From NCBI RefSeq assembly GCF_009914755.1, contig NC_060942.1: a stretch of DNA of 64,000 nt. One strand, written 5' to 3'. The stretch's first letter is position 1. Each line of letters starts with the position of its first letter. A program made the translations under genes and the position numbers. This DNA is from the human T2T-CHM13v2.0 reference genome, Homo sapiens. The notes under the pieces were generated by a model. That model had not been told where the DNA came from and ran no database searches. It worked only from the letters and a program-made list of their open reading frames with translations. Below are positions 44,519 to 59,300 of the stretch, piece by piece.

Positions 44519-45060
44519 GAAAAAAAGGAATTTGGATTCAAAAACTGTCAAAAGAGAAAAAGAAGGTCATTATATAGTGATGAAGCGGCCAATTAAGTAA
44601 TATAACAGTTGTAAATATATGTATACCCAACATCAGAACACTTAATATGTAAGGAAAATATTAATATAACTGAGGGGACAAAGATACAGCAACACAATGA
44701 TAATATGGGACTTCAGTGTCCCACTTTCAAAAATGGGTAGATTATCCAGAAAGATAATCAATAAGGAAACACTGGATTCCACTTTAGACCAAATAGATTT
44801 AACAGACATGACAGAACCTTCCATCAAACTGCAATAGAATACATCTCCTCCAGTGCACATGGAAGACACTTTAGTATAGATCATATGTTAAGCTACAAAA
44901 TAAGTGTTAACAAATTTAAGAAGATTGAAATTATACCATGTATGTTTTTTGAACACAATGTTGTTAAACTAGAAATAAAAAATATGAGGATAATTAGAAA
45001 ATTTACAGATAGGAAGAAATTAAACAGCACACTCCTAAACAACGAATAGTTTAAAGAAGA

Positions 45061-45103
45061 GATAGATAGATAGATGATAGATAGATAGATAGATAGATAG
45101 ATA
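45061..45103. repeat. (GATA)3GAT(GATA)7 STR
   Basis: Read directly. Confidence 0.93.
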
Positions 45104-48100
45104 CCACTGAAAATGCAAACACAAAATAGCAGAATATATGTGATGCAGCAAAGGCAATTCTAAGTAGAATTCTAACTGCTACATTGATAGCAGTAACCAC
45201 TGACATTAACGGAAAAGAATGGTATCCAATAAACAACCTAACTATATACCTTCAGCAGCTGGAAAATAAGAATAAAGCTTAAACTGAGTAAAAAGAAGAA
45301 AGTAACAAAGATCAGAGCATAGTTATATGAAATAAAGACCAAAAAATAATAGAAATTATCAACAAAAGTTGATTTTTGAGAAAATAAACAATATTGACAA
45401 ACCTTCTCCTACACTGTGAAAAACATGGGAGAGGACTCAAATAAGTAAAATTAGAAATGAAAGATGGGACATTGCAACTGAGACTGCAAAAATGGCAAAT
45501 GATCATAAGAGGCTACTATGAATAATTATGTACTAACAAATTGGATAACCTATAGGAAATGGATAAATTCCTAGACGCAAACAAGCTACCAATATTAAAT
45601 CATATTGAAATAGAAAATATGAACAGACCAATAATGAGAAAGCATTTTGAGTCGTTAATCAAAAACTTCCCAAAAAAGAATGGCCTGGAACCACACGGCA
45701 TCACTAGTGAATTTTCGCCTAACATTTAAACAATTAATGTCAATGCTTTTCAAACTCCTCAAAAAAATTGAGGAAGAGGGGAGACTTCCAAATTCATGTT
45801 ACAATGTCAGTATTGCCCTGATACTAAAGACATAAAAGGACACTGCAGGAAAAGAAAACAGGCCATTACCTCTGATGAACATAGACGCAAATCTCCTGAA
45901 CAAACTACAAGCAAACCAAATTCATAAGCACATTATAAGGATCACATACTATGATCAAGTGACATGTAACACTGAGATGCAAAGACGATTCAACATACAC
46001 GAGTCAATAATGTGATACAACACATTAATAGAGGTAAGAATAGGAAATATATGCTCATCTGAATATATGCAGAAAAAGCATTTGACAAACTTCAGGTTTC
46101 TTTTATAATAAAAACTGTCAACAAATTAGATATAAAAGGAATGTACTTCAACATAACAAAGGCCATATATGACAAGCCCACAGCTATCAACATACTCAAT
46201 GGTAAAAAGCTGAAAGCTTTTTCCCTAAGATTAGGAACCAGACAAGGATGCCCACTCATCATTTTTATTCAAGATAGTAATATAAGTCCTAGCCAGGATG
46301 CTTAGGCAAGAAAAGGAAATGAAAGACATTCAAATAGTAAGAGAAGAATTAAAATTGCTTCTATGAGCAAGTGACATGGTCTCATATATAGAAAACCATA
46401 AGGACACCACCAATAAACTGTTAGAACAAATAAATGAATTCAGGAAATAAAGTTACAGGATACATAATCTGCATAGAAAAACAGTTGCATTTGTATAAAC
46501 TAACAACAAGCTATTGAAAAAAATAAATTAAGAAAGCAATCCCATTAGCAATAGCATAAAAAACAATAAAATACTTAGAAGTAATGTTAACCAAGCAAGT
46601 GAAAGACCTGTACATTGAAATCTATAAAACATTAATTTAATAAATTGAAGAAGACAAACAAAGACATATTATGTTCATGGACTGGAAAAATAATATTAGT
46701 GAATTAAGATAATTAAATTATTAAAATGCCCATATTACCTAAAGACATCTACAAAATCAATTCGATCTCTATCAAAATTCATATGGCAATTTTTGCAGAA
46801 ATAGTTACAACAATTTTAAAATGTATATGGAATCTCAAAAGGCCTCTAATGGCCAAAGCAGTCATAAGCAAAAACAAATCACACTTTCTGATTTCAAATC
46901 ACATTTCAAAGCTGCAGTAATAAAAAAAATATGGTACTGGCATTAAACAGACACATAGACAAAGAGAAGTGAATAGAGCCTAGAAATAAATTCACATATA
47001 TACGGTCAACTTTGACAAAGGTGCAAAAAATATATAATGGGGGAGGGTTAGTTTTTTCAATAAATAGTGTTAGGAAAACTGGATATCCACATGGAAAAAT
47101 GATGAAATTCAGCCTTTATTTTATATCATACACAAAAATCAACTCAATACAGCTTAAAGACAATAATTAGACCTAACACCGTAAAACTCCTAGAAGAAAA
47201 CATAGAGGAAAAAGCTCCATGGTGTTGATCTTGACAATGATTTTTTTGAACAGGACAACAAAAGCACAGACATTAAAAGCAAAAATAAACAAATGGGACT
47301 ACATCAAACTAAACTAGAAACTTTCTGCAGAGCAAAAAGAGAAAACAACAACAACAAAATGAAAAGACAATCTATATATTGGAAGAAAATATTTGCAAAC
47401 CGTATATTAAATAGGGTTAATATTAAACAATAGGAAGGAACTCTTACAACATAACATCCAAAAAGACAACCCAGTTAAAAAATGGACAAAAAAGCCAATA
47501 GAAATTTTTCTCAAGGATACACAAATACACAAACACACACACAAACACATACACACGCAAACATACACACACACACACGTACACACACTATTCTGCCTTT
47601 AAAAGCAAAAGAGAATTCTTCCATTTCCAACAACATAGGTTTTCCTGGAGGGCATTATGTTTAATGGAAAAATCTAGACACAGACAAATACTGCATGCTC
47701 TCACTTATATATGAAATCTAAAAAATTCAAATTCATAGAGAGTAGAATTGCGATTACCAGTGCCTAGAGGGTGCAGAAATTCAGGGATGTTGGTCAATAG
47801 TTCCATGGTTTCACTTACAAGATGTAATTATTTCTGGAGACCTAATATACAATATGATGACTGTAGTTAATAATAATGTACTCTGTGCTTGAAATTTGCT
47901 AATAGAGTAGATCTCACGTGTTCCTGCCATGCACACAAAAATATGATAGCTGTGTGAGGTGATGGATATGTTAATTAGCTTGATCGTGGTAATCATTTCA
48001 CATTGTCTATTTATATTAAGACATCACATTGTGTACATTAAATATATAAAATTTCAATTTATCAATTATACTTCAGTTAAACTAGAAAAAAATTCAACCT

Positions 48101-48194
48101 GAATGACCCTTGTGGTAATGATAATGTTCTGTATGGCGACTACACCAATGCTAATATAGGTGTGTTATTGAGCTACAGCAGTGTAAGAGATTAC

Positions 48195-48331
48195 CATCAC
48201 AAAAACAGCATGGGGGAAACCACCCCCATGATGCAATTACCTCCACATGGTCTCTCCCTTGACACGTGGGAATTATGGAGATTGTAACTCAAGATGAGAT
48301 TTGACTGGGGACACAAAGCCTAACCATATCA
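48195..48331 (-). mobile_element. THE1/MST LTR fragment
   Basis: aacagcatgggggaaaccacccccatgat...gatgagatttg...aaccatatca. Confidence 0.88.
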
Positions 48332-48339
48332 GATGGATA

Positions 48340-49050
48340 TTATAAGAAAAAAAGAAAGCAAGAGCTGGTGAATATGTGGAGAAAAGGGAACCCTTGCAGA
48401 CTGTTGATAAGAAGGTAAAGTGGTGAAATTGCAACACAAAACATGTAGAAGTTCCTTAGAATATTGAAAATAGAACTACCATATGATCCAGCAACACAAC
48501 TTCTGGGTTTACATCCAAAGGAAATAAAATCACTATCTCAAGGAGATACCTGCACTCCCACGTTCATTGCAGTATTATTCACAATAGCCAATATATGGAA
48601 GCCACTTGTCTGTTGACAGTTTAATACATAAAGAAAATGTAGCATATATTTTTGTACAATAAAATGTTATTCTGACTTGAAAGAGAATGAAAAGGAAATC
48701 TTTCCATTTGCAACAACATGAGTGAAACTGTAGGACATTTTGTTCAGTAATATAAGCAAGACACAAAAGGACAAATATTGCACGATCTCACTCATATGAG
48801 GTAACTAAAATAATCAAATTTGAAGAAGCAGAAACTAGAATGGTAGTTAACCAGGGTCTGGGGAAGGAGGACATCGCGAGTTATTCAATGAGCATAAAGT
48901 TTCAGTTATGCAAGGTAAATAAATTCTAGAGTTCCTCTGTAAAACATTATGCCTGTAATTAACAATACTGTATTGAATATTTTAAAAATTTGTTAGGAAA
49001 CTAGATCCCAAATTAAGTGTTCTCACCATACACAAAAATGATAACATGGT
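48340..49050 (+). mobile_element. L1MA9/L1MB-like 3' fragment
   Basis: gtggagaaaagggaaccct, gaactaccatatgatccagcaa, aaagtttcagttatgcaag. Confidence 0.85.
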
Positions 49051-49669
49051 GTCTTTTAGAGAGTAATCGAAATGTGATTGTATCAAAGAAAAATACTGCT
49101 TTTATATTCAACTTGGTAATTCTCAAAATAAGTTTTTTAAACCAAAGGTTTGCTGTAGTTGTGGAGCTGAACTTACTGAGAGCCTTTTTGTTTCTTTAAG
49201 CTATTGTCTGAAATTGAGAACGAAATTATTAAAAATAAAGGATTTATTTCAACCTTGTTGCTTAAATGTGTAGTTATATTCCATAAATACAAAGATTTAA
49301 AAAACAATACATTCCCTATTTTTGTGACACTTGATAAGAGCATATTTACATGTATTTATGTCAAATATGTATAACTGATTAATTATTGAAAAATTGTTCT
49401 ACTAAACAAAGTTCCAGCCATTCATTTACTATAGCAGCTGCAGTGAATATATCCCTCTCCATTATTTATATTGATTTTTATTTCTGGAAATGCTGCATGG
49501 GCACCATTTTGTCAAGAATGAATATTATTTTTAAAAATAGCTGAAAAATTCACAATTTTTCAATTAATAGTACAGAACATAATGCTTTTCTACTCGACAG
49601 TATAAAAAAGCCTTATTAATGCTATTTGAGGCTTCTTTTAAAATGAATAAAAAATATTTTCTTAAAAAT

Positions 49670-50138
49670 TGTGAAAGAAAGTATCTTGGGCCCCCAAAAT
49701 CACCAAGCTAAAAGGAAAACTCAAGCTGGAAACTGCTTAGGGCAAACCTGCCTCTCCTTCTACGCAGTTATCCATCCCTCTGCTCACTGAAATCAATGCA
49801 TATCTGATTGCCTCCTTTGGAAAGGCTAATCAGAAACTCAAAAGAACACAACTGCTTGTCTCTCACCTATCTGTGACCCGGAAGACCCCTCCCAACTTTG
49901 AGTCTTCCTTCCTTTGCTTCAAGTTGTCCCGCCTTTCCAGACCGAACCAATGTACTTCTTATGTATATTGATTGATGTCTCATATCTCCCTAAAATGTAT
50001 AAAACCAAGCTGTGCCCCAACCACCTTGGGCACGTTGTCAGGACCTCCTGTGGCTGTGTCACGGAAGAGTATCCTCAACCTTGGCAAAATAAACTTTCAA
50101 AATTAACTGAGACCATTCTCAGGTTTTCTGGGTTTACA
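49670..50138 (+). mobile_element. MER4A-like solo LTR (ERV1)
   Basis: TG...CA ends; cttgggcccccaaaatcac, tgtataaaaccaagctgtgcccc, aataaa; 4-bp TSD aaat. Confidence 0.92.
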
Positions 50139-50861
50139 AAATTAACAGCCAAATTGTAAAATTTAAATAATCAAAAAAAGTTTAAAGTATTCTTAATGTA
50201 TTAGAACACTGCCTGATACAATATCATGCAGCACGAAATAGTCTAGCTGAAGCCAGACCCAACTGGACTTGTGTGATGGCGCTGTTTTAGCCAGAGTACT
50301 GCTTTATCGCACAGACTTGAAAACATAAAGATTGAAAAATTAATCCATTTAGTGACCATAAGCAATTAAAATAGTGCATACTCAGTAATTTGAGTTTAAT
50401 TTTGCAGGCAATTTTTTACTCTTGTGGTTTTTGTTTTCTTGTTGTTGTTGTTTTTCTGGCTTTTGGCCTTTTCTCTCTATTCCCTAGGGCACATACCTAT
50501 TCTGTCATATTTTCTATTTGAATTACATAGTAACAATTCATACATTTAGTGATTGAACCACTAGGAATTTCCCAAGGCAAATGTGTGAGGTAGATATCCA
50601 ATCTTACCTTGTTTCCAACTGTCTTAACACCAGTTACTGAAGAGTGTAGTTTCTCCTTCAGGTTATCAACGCTGCTAATGCTTATTAGTAATCCCTGGCG
50701 GCTCAGAAGCAGTAATTATCTATCATGGCCGTTCATTAGAGTTGTCTGAGAAGCTTTTAAAACACACCAATGCCTGAGCCTCACCTTCAGAAATTGTTCT
50801 GGGGCAGGGCCAAGGTGTTGAGACGTTTTAATCACACAGATTATTGGACTTGTGGTTAAAT

Positions 50862-51519
50862 TTTGTCCGGAGTTGGTTCCTTCCGGTGGGTTCTTGGTCT
50901 CGCTGACTTCAAGAATGAAGCCGCAGACCTTTACAGTGAGTGTTATGTCTGGAGTTTGTTCCTTCAGATGTGTCCAGAGTTTCTTCCTTCCGGTGGGTTA
51001 GTGGTCTCACTGACTTCAAGAACGAAGTCTCAGACCTCCACAGCAAGTGTTACAGCGTGTTACAGCTCTTAAAGGTGGTGTGGACCCAAAGAATGAGCAG
51101 CAGCAAGATTTATTCTGAAGAGCTAAAGAACAACGCTTCCACAGCACGGAAGGGAACCTGAGCGGGTTGCTGCTGCTGGCTGGGGTGGCCAGCTTTTATT
51201 CCATTATTTGTCCCTGCCCATGTCCTGCTGATTGGTCCATTTTACAGAGTGCTGATTGGTCCATTTTACAGAGTGCTGATTGGTCCATTTTACAGAGTGC
51301 TGATTGGTGCATTTACAATCCTTTAGCTAGACACAGAGCGCTGATTGGTGTTTTTACAGAGGGCTGATTGGTGCATTTACAATCCTTTAGCTAGTCACAG
51401 AGCACTGATTGGTGCGTTTTTACAGGGTGCTGATTGGTGTATTTACAATCCTTTAGCTAGAGAGAAAAGTTCTCCGAGTCCCCACTCAATCCAGGAAGTC
51501 CAGCTGGCTTCACCTCTCA
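50862..51519 (-). mobile_element. LTR12-family solo LTR (ERV9)
   Basis: Minus strand starts tgagaggtgaagccagctgg; repeated ctgattggt units; cgctgacttcaagaatgaagccgcagacc; TSD aaat at 50858-50861 and 51520-51523. Confidence 0.95.
51225..51445 (-). promoter_or_regulatory. Cluster of 8 CCAAT (NF-Y-type) boxes in LTR12 U3
   Basis: Eight ctgattggt copies counted, three of them in a 24-bp tandem. NF-Y binding to LTR12 is established; activity at this copy is unknown. Confidence 0.65.
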
Positions 51520-51544
51520 AAATGATTTAAGCCTGTTCTAGGGT

Positions 51545-51650
51545 TAAATTGCTGGAGTCTGAATCCTGGTTCTATCTGCTGCTAATGGTGGCATTGGAAA
51601 GTTACTTTACATTTCTGTGCCTCAGTTTCCTCACCCAGAAAATCATCATC
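51545..51650 (+). mobile_element. MIR fragment
   Basis: gaatcctggttct...tctgtgcctcagtttcctca. Confidence 0.75.
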
Positions 51651-51689
51651 CTAATAGATTTTAATACATGGACTTTCATAATTATATAA

Positions 51690-52147
51690 AATAATGCAGA
51701 AATAATTAGCCATAATGACTAAAGTGGCTATGAAAAAATAAGGATGCAAGCACCCAAGAGAAAGTAACACCAACAAAACCTTCCCATTAAAGAAATTCTT
51801 AGAAATATTTTATGAGATTGAACGTGCAAAGGATAAAATGTTGGAAACTGATGCAAACTTTAAGAGAGGCAGTTGGCCTCACTCTGTATCCTGAAATTAC
51901 ACCATGAGAAGAGTGCTGGCTCTCTTCAAACTACTCATAAGTTTTTTACAGAAACATAAATATTTTCTGTCAATGTTTCTGATATTTTATCTTAAAGTAT
52001 ACTAAATATGCATTAGTTTTACTATTGTTTTCATTTTTCTATCCACTTTTAACCAACAATAGGAGGCTGTTCAATGTTTTCACAAAAATTTTCATAGGTC
52101 ACAGAACAATCATTTTTTCTATTAACTATTAAGATCATTTTGCACTT
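51690..52147. mobile_element. TcMar-Tigger DNA transposon remnant (MER82-like)
   Basis: gcaaaggataaaatgttggaaactgat...ttcaaactactc...aggtcacagaacaat...tattaagatc match a recalled consensus. Confidence 0.65.
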
Positions 52148-53020
52148 TGAGAGTGTAAGATTAAAAGCCACTAAAAATATATTCATTCAAGTCCTTTCTG
52201 AAATTATGATATTCATCAAATGTGAATGGAAAGAAAGGAACAAATGAAAGATAATATTACTTTTCACAAGTATGTCGTCTAGTACAGATAATAACAAGCC
52301 TTCTAATTATAATTTAAAACATTATATAGTACAAAAAAATACTTGTAAGCTTTTTTGTTTACATACATCAAAAATATCAGTTGATGGTATTCAAATGTGT
52401 GTATGTGTGGCTGTGTTTAATATTTTATCATCTGGCTTAGATTTGTTTTTTCTTATCATCACAGAGTTGATTTTGGAGACATAATTTTTATCCAGCCATA
52501 ATTGTATTGTTTTATTGGTTCTCTATAATATTTTATAGAAATCTATATATCTAAATCCATATATTTCTCCCAACGTTAAAATTATGTTCACATCACTGTA
52601 TCCTTTTGAAGAAATTTTGCATTTAGTCATTACAAATGCTTACATGGAAAAGTGCATCTATAAAATTTTCACCTCACTCTTTATCTTAGAAATATTCAGC
52701 ATTTCAACCAAAGTTAATGATGATGTATTTCCTCTATTACAGTTTTCTCTGTGCTTTGGTTACTAAATAAGTACATTTTTATTCTCTTAAATTGTTTAAG
52801 AGAATCTCTATTAACAGAGAAAACTACAATAGAGATAATATATCAGCCTGGTCACAATAAAGATTGCAAATAATGAAAAGAAGAAGCTCATTTTGGAGAA
52901 GTAAAGCACCAAAAAATGTGCATAATTAATAAGTAACGTTCAGTCACAGCTGAAAATGTGAGAAAATATTTGACAGATTTAGTTTATATCAGGAACCAAA
53001 TGAAATATTAGATGTCCTAA

Positions 53021-53203
<183 letters not shown>

Positions 53204-53966
53204 CAAGGCCCTTGAAGACATCCCTTCTCCTGTACCTCTGTGAAAGTATAAGCTGGGGAACCCTGCTGAAGGACAAGGTCGTATTTGTTGTGCAAATATT
53301 TTCAGTTTTTTGTCTTTTGGGGGAGCATAGATAAAAGCCATGTTTTTCATTATATTTTTCTTTGAGAAAATCCTTTAATAACATATTCTGAATAATTTTT
53401 AATATCCTACAGGCACATATATCCTTCTGCGCATGCTTCAGGTAAGGGTCTATATTTTATTTTCCAAGAAAATAATTTTCTATAGTTTGACATTCAGAAT
53501 AATAGAGTCAAACAGAGTCATGAATTGATACACATATTTTTCCAAGTCATAAACAAATCAATGATATTCATTTGGTAGGTCTAAGAAACATTTACAACCT
53601 ATATTCCCTTTCAGTCATTTGCATCTAACTACTCTTTTTTAAAAAACATTGATTTTCTATTTCCAAATTAATATTACAATAAATGTCATCCATACATATG
53701 GTTAAAGAAACAACAAACTACAAGCTTCTTCTTTCCTCCTCTAGGGAGTCAGCTATGCCCTCTAGAGGTAAGCACGTTTTATTATGCCTCTTCTTCGTAC
53801 TCCAGTGTTTTCGACAAGGAAAGTTACACAATTTTTAATTTGCCTGATGGTTTCCCTTATGGAGCCATAACATTTGTTCACCCATTTATTTTCTATAAAA
53901 GACCTGTTAAGTCTGAGAGTGTGGATAGATTCATGTAAAAATATTTGTGGCAAGTGTTATTACTTT

Positions 53967-54344
53967 TTTTCTTTCCTTTTTTATATACATTTATTTATTT
54001 TAACTGACAAATAATAATTGTGGCACGTATATTAAAAAATTGATCACTTGGAAACAGAAGAAAAGGGGTTGCCAGATGCTGGGGGAAGGAGAAGAATTAG
54101 GAAAGAGGAGATGTCTATTAAAATAAGAGCACAAAGTTTCAGACTTCAGGAAACTCTTGGTGATCTATTGCACAGCATGGTGACTTCAGTTAATAAAAAT
54201 GTAGCATACATTACAAAATTGTTTAACAAGAGATTTTTAACATTTGCACAACACAAAAACATGATAAATTGCTAAGGTGATAGATATGTTAGTTGGCTTG
54301 ATTTAACATACCTGTGATATATACATAGATCCAACATATGTTGT
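53967..54344. mobile_element. L1MA-type 3'UTR; terminal part on minus strand (53967-54021), upstream part inverted (~54033-54344)
   Basis: Poly(T) plus ttttaactgacaaataataattgt, then sense gatctattgcacagcatggtgact...aaggtgatagatatgttagttggcttgattt. Confidence 0.75.
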
Positions 54345-54635
54345 TGTCAGTACTTTATACTGTCTCAATCAAGAAGCAATTAATGTCAAATTGTCTCACC
54401 TTTTATAATGCTAACTTCGAAAATTTGATCACGGTGGTCACCACCAGACCTATTAATTTCCAACATGTTTTCCCCTTTGCAAATAGCAATTAAGTTTGGG
54501 GTGGATATTTGAAACTGTGTAAATATCATGATTATCAACAAATTTCACTAAAAAATGTTAGCATTTATTTAAGATCTTTTCCTATTCAATTTTTCCACTG
54601 GAGTTGTAGAAAAGTAATTTTTAAATTTTTTGGAG

Positions 54636-55097
<462 letters not shown>

Positions 55098-55649
55098 CTA
55101 TAAATTAACTGAATTCTCTTTAAACAAGCATTTTTCCTCCTTTCAAGTGTAATTGAAATAGCATTCTTTCTGAAAATTGAGGGTGAATGCCTAATTCTTT
55201 CCTATTAATCACCACTTTACAGAATGAGATGATGAAATCATCACTTCCATTGGTAGCAAAGGAGTCAGCTCACCTCGCCCCACCCCACCCTTTTCCTTCT
55301 TGTACTGCCTCAGAACAACAGATTTTATTTTTTCAATGTTTCACTAAATTACAAACATCTTTTTTTGACATTGATTTTGACACAACGTTGGCTCAGGAGA
55401 GCCTCTGCAAGTTTCCTCCTGTTATAGCAACATCTTCACCTCTGAGATTCCTTGGTTTCTAACACAAGATTTTGAAGATGCACTTTGTACAGACCTGTTC
55501 CACAGCAGGACTCCAAATACCCCTGGAAAATTTTAGTGGACAATTGTATGTAGAAAACATACGATGGCTGCTAGGCTTCTTTATTTTACTACAGTATCCT
55601 CTCAAATTCTAGGGCCTTACAGTGGGCAGTGCTAGGAGATACATAAAAA

Positions 55650-55652
<3 letters not shown>

Positions 55653-55708
<56 letters not shown>

Positions 55709-55720
55709 CACATATATATA
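55653..55720. repeat. (TG)24 plus TA-rich microsatellite
   Basis: Read directly. Confidence 0.95.
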
Positions 55721-55889
55721 TCATATGTGCTATTGTTACTAAAGCCAAATTTAATATCAATTTAATATCACAGTTTTTGCTTAAATTTTTCTTATTTTAC
55801 CTCTCCTTTTATAATAATAGCATACTTATGTTATTTTTACATTGTTTTATATACAGTCATGTAATAGTCTATTAGATTTTTGCAATTTC

Positions 55890-56362
55890 TTGTGTTTTTT
55901 TATTTTTATTTTAGATTTGGGGGTACATGTGAAGGTTTGTTACATAGGTAAACATGTGTCATGAGGGTTTGTTGTACATATTATTTTTTCTTTCTTTGTG
56001 TGTGTGTGTGTATGTGTGTAGGTGTGAGAGAGACAGAGAGAGACAAGGTCTCACTCTATAGCCCAGGCTGGAATGCTGTGGCTCCATCTCAGCCCACTGC
56101 AACCTCTGCCTCCCAGGTCCAAACCATCCTCCCATCTCAGCCTACTGAGTAGCTGGGACTACAGACACGTGCCACCATGACTGGCTAATTTTTGTACTTT
56201 TTGTAGAAATGAGGTTTCGCCCTGTTGCCCAGGCTGGTCTCAAACTTGTGAGTTCAAGCAATCTGCCCTCCTCGTCCTCCTAAAGTGCTAGGATTACAGT
56301 CTGTTGTAAATATTATTTCATCACCCAGGTATTAAACCCAGTACCCAATAGTTATATTTTTA
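55890..56362 (-). mobile_element. L1P/L1M 3' end interrupted by an AluJ
   Basis: gggtacatgtgaaggtttgttacataggtaaac...tattatttcatcacccaggtattaaacccagtacccaatagtta. Confidence 0.85.
55988..56299 (-). mobile_element. AluJ with (TG)/(GA) tail
   Basis: Alu dimer; TSD-like tgttgtacatattattt and tgttgtaaatattattt. Confidence 0.9.
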
Positions 56363-59300
56363 AGCATATTTATTAATAGACTTTATAACAGGCTATATAA
56401 AAAAGAGGTTAAAAATCACCAACCCCAACAGTAGTTCAAACATTAATACTGCCAAATAAACTTTCACAGATTTTAGTAAATCTTTATTCTTAAAATATAC
56501 TCTGCTAATATTAATATAAATAATTGAAGTTATATGTTCAAAAGTAATTTGAATCAGTATTTGTTCTATTTCATTTTACATGCACCTGTATGTGTTTGTG
56601 TGTATAAATTTGTTAAACTGTTAGGTATATATTTTTTCCATATTGTAATATGCTTCCTCTCTTAATCTATGAACTCTTAATATATAAAATATTATATGGA
56701 GGCAATTCAAATATATAAAAATACATACACAAATAAGTAACTCATTCATCCCTACTTCTTTCTCCCTAGTCCTCATGCTTTAGGATGAGGATTTAACATT
56801 CTTTAGGATGTTAACATTAAAATACTTTAGGATTTAACATTCTAAGGTTTATGATGTGAAACTCTAATGCTGTTTTCTAAAACTAAGCAAAAGCCCATAA
56901 ATATTTTTATTTCATTTAATTATTTTTTTATTTAGTTTTTTATTTAATTGTATTTTTAATTTAATTTTTATTTAATTATTTTTCTTATTTTATATGAATG
57001 GAAAATATCAGAAACATTATTCTTTATTTGCATTTTGTTACTATATGTGTATACATATGTATCCATACACACATGTTATTTAATGTGTATTTAACCTCTA
57101 CTTAACTTGTACTTAATTACCTTTCTCAGGTTTTTCAAATTCATGTTATTCAAATTCTGGCATATATTTTTAAATGGCTCTCAGACAGTGCAACACCACT
57201 TACTGAAGAAACCATTGTTGCCTCTAACGATTTAAAAAACGTCATCTTTATCAAATACCAAATGTGCACAGATATTTAGGTATTTGTGGAACTTTTTCTT
57301 GTTTTATTTACTCTCTGCTTATTCACATTCTAGCACCTTATTATTTTAAGTATAAGAGTGTACAACAGATTTTATAAACCTAGATCTAGCACCCCCTTCA
57401 AATCATTGCTTTTTATTAAGAGTGTTCTGGCTAGTCTTGATGATTTCCTTAAATGAAATTTATAATCAATGTATCTAGCTTTCCCAAAATAATTCATTGA
57501 CAGCTTAACTAGCATAGCCTTAAAATTTTAAGAAAACTTAGAAAGAATTGACATATTGATGATGTGGAGCCACCCAATCCAAGAGCAAGGTATATCTTAC
57601 CATTTGTTTGAGGCTACAGTTTTAGCCTTTCATGAGTGTTTTAAATCTTGAGCTTCCAGTAAACATTTCTGCCTTTCAAGGTGCCTCATTTTCTAATTCC
57701 CTTTTTAAAAATTTAATAGTATACATATATATATATAAAAAATAAAAATTTAAAAATTTTGTAAAAAATTAAAAATTTAATAGTATGTATACTGTTAAGT
57801 AATATATATACACATCTCTATATTATATAATAGTATTAACTAATAGCAAGTATCAAGTTCATTTCTTTAGTAATGTTGGGAACTTCCCACCCTCTGTAAT
57901 TCAATCGGGCAATATTAACTATGATCAGCAACCTCAAAGATACTGCCATAGTCTATTACCTTTGCTTCAATCCCAGTGTGACTCTTGGTTCTGACTTAAT
58001 CTACTCTTCAAGACTTTCACAGACCATTTTACCCATATCATGGAACAGTTTGAATGTGATCAAGAAGTCAAGGATTCTGTGTTGCTACAGCTGCTTGTGG
58101 AGTATAGGAAGGTTTCAAGAAAGAGCAAAATAAGCCTAAATCCATACATTTTAATGCCAAGACATTGATTGAAAATAGAAAAATTTATAAGGCAATGTTC
58201 AAAATCATCTCTTATTTTTTGGTGGCACGAGAGTGATATAGCCAAAAACAAACTCAAAATCTGACATTGATGTGGGTATCTAGATGGCATTATTGCTAAA
58301 AATCACAGCCTTGTCAATCTGTTTTATGGAAGTCCTGACATTCATTGAGAAGTGGGGTCCCCAAAATTAGAATTAGAGACATGTGGAGAGGGATTTAAAG
58401 GATGGTGAGCATTTCAAACCTTTAATCCCTCCAAGATTTCTTGCTAATGAATCAATTATTTCTTCCATGTCTGATAAGGTTGTCCCCACCTCTTTTAGGC
58501 CACTCCCTCAGCTTCCACTTCCCTCACCCATTATTTTCTTGAAGTCTGTAAATAGCATTTGATCTCAGCACATGCTCAGATGGGACAATACAAGGAAAAT
58601 TCATATAAAGGCATACTAAAAGAATCAGAAAACTTTATAATCCATATTAACAAAAACCTAGAGAAGCTGTGCAGGATTGAATTCTGAAGTTCTTTTGCAA
58701 GAAGAAGGTGTCATAATTTTATTTTATAGTTGACTGTATTTGTGTATGGATGTGTGTTTACCAGAAATTTTAGACTTAGTGTGTAACCTTGCTTGGTTAG
58801 CCATGGTTCTAATGGTTTGCTCATCATGTTTATAAAACCTTGTCCATGATAAATAAAGTTCAGTTACCATAATTTCTAGGCAAAACATAGCCAAAAAAAA
58901 AAAAAACAAGGGCATGAAACAAGTATATTTACTTTATTTGCAAATATTTGACCCTGGCAGTAAGATAACACTAATTTCCGAACACTCAAAATTCCACTGA
59001 TATCTAATGGCCAAGGGAAGTCTTTTGGAAGTCAAATAATTGGTTCTATTTTGTCCCTCGTCTGCCTTCAGATAGCCCAGCAGGAACAATCAATATTATC
59101 ACCAGTTCCTCATTGTATAATTGGAGTAAATTTTTCTAAAAATTAGCAGATTCCTTTTACTGGTGTCCTACATACACATTGTGGGCCCTTATTATCATAT
59201 AGGAAGGGTCAAACTGGAGAAACACCAAAAAAAAAAGAGATTTGAAAGGTTCTTTAGCAGTGATTTCTGTAACAAACCAATTAATGTGCTCATTTAATGT

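Noticed and set aside
51167-51530. Regular repeats (ADWSILQS / ADWCIYNPLA), superficially CRISPR-like
   Set aside because: These are normal LTR12 U3 tandem CCAAT units with no unique spacers, in a eukaryotic context.
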